A stretch of DNA of 64,000 bases from Vairimorpha necatrix. Taxonomy: Eukaryota. The position numbers were made by a program, and so were the translations under genes. This document shows positions 61,526 through 64,000 of this stretch, piece by piece (position 1 is the first letter of the stretch; every line of letters starts with the position of its first letter). Below the pieces are notes generated by a model, which was not told the origin of the DNA, did not search any database, and was given only the letters and a program-made list of their open reading frames with translations. The stretch spans positions 1 to 64,000 of the forward strand of contig CP142735.1 of assembly GCA_036630325.1 (NCBI GenBank). Reading direction: 5' to 3'.

Positions 61526-61854
61526 CATACTGTTAATTTTTAGATGATTATTTTAATCAGTTAAAAAAATTATTAAAAAACATCTTCTTTTTTTCAAAAA
61601 TAAAACAATTCAATTTAGTTATAAGAAAACAAGAGAGCATGAGTTAAAGAACAAAAATATGCTATAAAAAAGAACTAATATTTTTTATATAAATTTTTGT
61701 ACACTAAACTTTCATTATTAGTTTTTTTATCACAATGTTTAATGAAAGTTTTTTTCACATGTAACTCCTCCCATCTATGCTGTGTTATATCTTCCAGGCG
61801 CTTTTGATTTGAAGTTTTGTTTTGGATATCACGTGTTTAATTAAATCAATATTC

Positions 61855-62690
61855 GGAGGTGGGGTACTTTAGACCCCCCCTTTGAAGCGCTTCAATTTTT
61901 TTTTCGAACCCCAAAATTGAAGTGCAAAAAAAAAGAGGAGCACGAAGGGGACAAAAATTACTAAGCACTTATGACATTAAAAACAATAAATAAATATATA
62001 TTTATGTACACAATTATATTTTAATACAAGTTTTTACAATAATATAAACCAATAAGCTAATTTTGCCCTTCTGATTTTTTAGAATTGGGGACAAAAACGC
62101 TCCCCTCTGAGAGTGTTCACTTTATAATTTTGAACCCCAAAAACGAAGTGCAAAATAAAGGAGAAGCAATCATTAGTACTCAAATTACTTGCATCTTCAA
62201 ACAGTAAAAATACCAAATAAATATATATTTGTATACGAAATTTAATTTAAAAAAAGCTTATAACCATAAAACTATATAATTCTTTATAACTTAACATATT
62301 TAAATTAAATTTTTTGATTTAACAATATGTGTAGATCGTTGAACATTTATTTAAATTTTCTTTTATAAATAATATTTATAATTTCAATTGTTGGTTTATT
62401 ATTAAAGTAGATTTTCTTCAAAAATCTACTTTCATAATAAACCAACAATTAAAAAAAATTTGACAAAATAAGAAGGGTGAAAAAAGACACAATACTTCAA
62501 ATGATTATTATAACTAAATCTAAAATTAATTTTTGTATAAAAGCATATATTTATTTGTTATTTTTAATGTTTAAAGTGATAAGAAATTTTTGTCCCTTTC
62601 TTGCTCCTCTTTTTTTTTGCACTTCAATTTTGGGGTTCGAAAAATAAATTGAAGCGCTTCAAAGGGGGGGGTCTAAAGTATCCTTCACCC
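61855..62690. mobile_element. Non-autonomous DNA transposon (MITE/foldback) with long TIRs and 9-bp TSD TCAATATTC
   Basis: tactttagaccccccctttgaagcgcttcaattt... mirrored at 62585-62680. TCAATATTC at 61846-61854 and 62691-62699. Confidence 0.88.
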
Positions 62691-63038
62691 TCAATATTCA
62701 TTTCAGATTAAAAATCTGATGTCCACAAAGTTCAAAAATAGAACTTGTACTGGGTAATAAGAGTCAAAATAAGATATTGTGACATTGATATTGCTAATTT
62801 CGTTACTTTTTATTGGTTTTCTAAATTTTCAAAACATTAATTAAAATTTTAATTTTTCTTTTTTTTTCAAAAAAATAAATAAAAAATTCAAAATCAAAAA
62901 TGGTAAATTAAAAAAATAAAAAATGTATTAAAAGCTTATACATAAATCATAAACAACTTTTAGTTTTTTTGTAGAAGTTTTATAAAATATCGAAGATTTT
63001 TAATTTATTTTTTTGTATATAAATAAATTTTTTCTTTA

Positions 63039-63047
63039 CCCCACATT
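63039..63047 (+). promoter_or_regulatory. CCC-type motif just upstream of the ATG, after an AT-rich tract (microsporidian-style core promoter)
   Basis: tatataaataaattttttctttaCCCCacattATG. Confidence 0.55.
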
Positions 63048-64000
63048 ATGTTCATCTTACATGTCTTCTATATGTTTGTTTCTATACAAGCAATTTATAG
63101 ACCTCTATGTAATAAAACCACGAAAGGGGTCAATCAAAAAATCGAAGGAGGAGATTATCGAATGGTAGATACTACTAAAAATTATGGTTATGCAGACTTA
63201 AGGCATTTTGAAAATAAGATATTAAGTTTTTCTTTTAAAATATTAGACTTTGAGAAGAATAAAAATTCAGAAATACCAGAATCATTAAATATTAATTGTG
63301 AGGGAAAATCTTTAGATATTATTCTTAATGAATATGAAAGAAAATTGATAGAAATTATGAACAAATATAATTTATATAAGGTCTTTTTAGTATATAGGGA
63401 TGCTGTTACAGACGAATGCATAAATTATAATGAAAATATCATTATTAAGGACATTATAGAAGGAATCAGAAAAATAAATGATGACCGAAATAATACAAAT
63501 AACGAAAACAAATTTTTGCATCAAAAAACTATTCAAGCTTATATTAATGAGGAAAAATCTATGATTCATATGATCGAAGTAGCTCCCTTAAAAACAGAAT
63601 ACTACAGATGTAGAGCTAATTCATATGTTGAATATAAAAAGGAATTGAGTGGGGATATATGTATCAGTGTTTTAGTTTATATAGAAAAGGCTTACTTTTA
63701 CTTCGAATTTTCCAAAGTCGAAATGCTGGACATAGTAAAACAATGTCTAAAAGAAAAGAACAAAATTTCTCCTAAGTGTTTCGATTTATACGAAGATGTT
63801 TTTTTTTCTTCATCTTATTCTAATAAAAGTGTGAGATTTTTCACAGAAAGAAGTCTGAAAATTCCGAATACTACACGTCAGAATGAAAATTGCAAAATAA
63901 TAAAATTATTAAGAGATGAGCTAGGTTTATTGAAGTGTCCTCAAAATAATAACACTACAATTAATCCAGTGCAAGAAAATAATTTGGAAGGCAGGAAATA
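63048..64000 (+). CDS. Putative secreted host protein of unknown family, partial (no stop within the window)
   Basis: Manual translation is open for 317 codons to the window end (MFILHVFYMFVSIQAIYRPLCNK...). Hydrophobic N-terminus ending IQA resembles a signal peptide. Missing from the ORF track because it has no stop. Confidence 0.8.
   Translation, partial: MFILHVFYMFVSIQAIYRPLCNKTTKGVNQKIEGGDYRMVDTTKNYGYADLRHFENKILSFSFKILDFEKNKNSEIPESLNINCEGKSLDIILNEYERKLIEIMNKYNLYKVFLVYRDAVTDECINYNENIIIKDIIEGIRKINDDRNNTNNENKFLHQKTIQAYINEEKSMIHMIEVAPLKTEYYRCRANSYVEYKKELSGDICISVLVYIEKAYFYFEFSKVEMLDIVKQCLKEKNKISPKCFDLYEDVFFSSSYSNKSVRFFTERSLKIPNTTRQNENCKIIKLLRDELGLLKCPQNNNTTINPVQENNLEGRK

Noticed and set aside
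63188-63569. Minus-strand ORFs of 77 and 60 aa
   Set aside because: Antisense to the long plus-strand ORF starting at 63048

Overview
Left end of a very AT-rich eukaryotic chromosome, most likely microsporidian. This is an inference from CCC motifs directly before ATGs, Merlin transposases, compact Ty3/Gypsy elements and RLE non-LTR relics. Bases 1-3663 are a telomere made of an irregular mix of CCTA and CCTAA units (TAGG/TTAGG). It is followed by a ~22 kb subtelomeric block (~3655-25637) that recurs in direct orientation at ~33330-61301, and the internal copy also begins with relic telomere repeats. Aligning the two copies by eye gives exact boundaries, TSDs and empty sites for many insertions. 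These are: an intact 3.7 kb Ty3/Gypsy element with 110-bp LTRs; a young Gag-only LTR element with one 653-aa ORF; an older Gag-remnant LTR element; two solo LTRs; two head-to-head Merlin DNA transposons whose TIRs include the start codon; and a 5'-truncated RLE non-LTR insertion. Both copies start with a decayed Ty3/Gypsy-like element whose LTRs are only 37-39 bp. Also present are a ~159-bp satellite, palindromic MITE-like elements, tRNA-like relics and, at the right edge, the first apparent host gene (signal-peptide ORF from 63048, running off the window). Coordinates were read by eye and may be off by a few bases for degenerate features.
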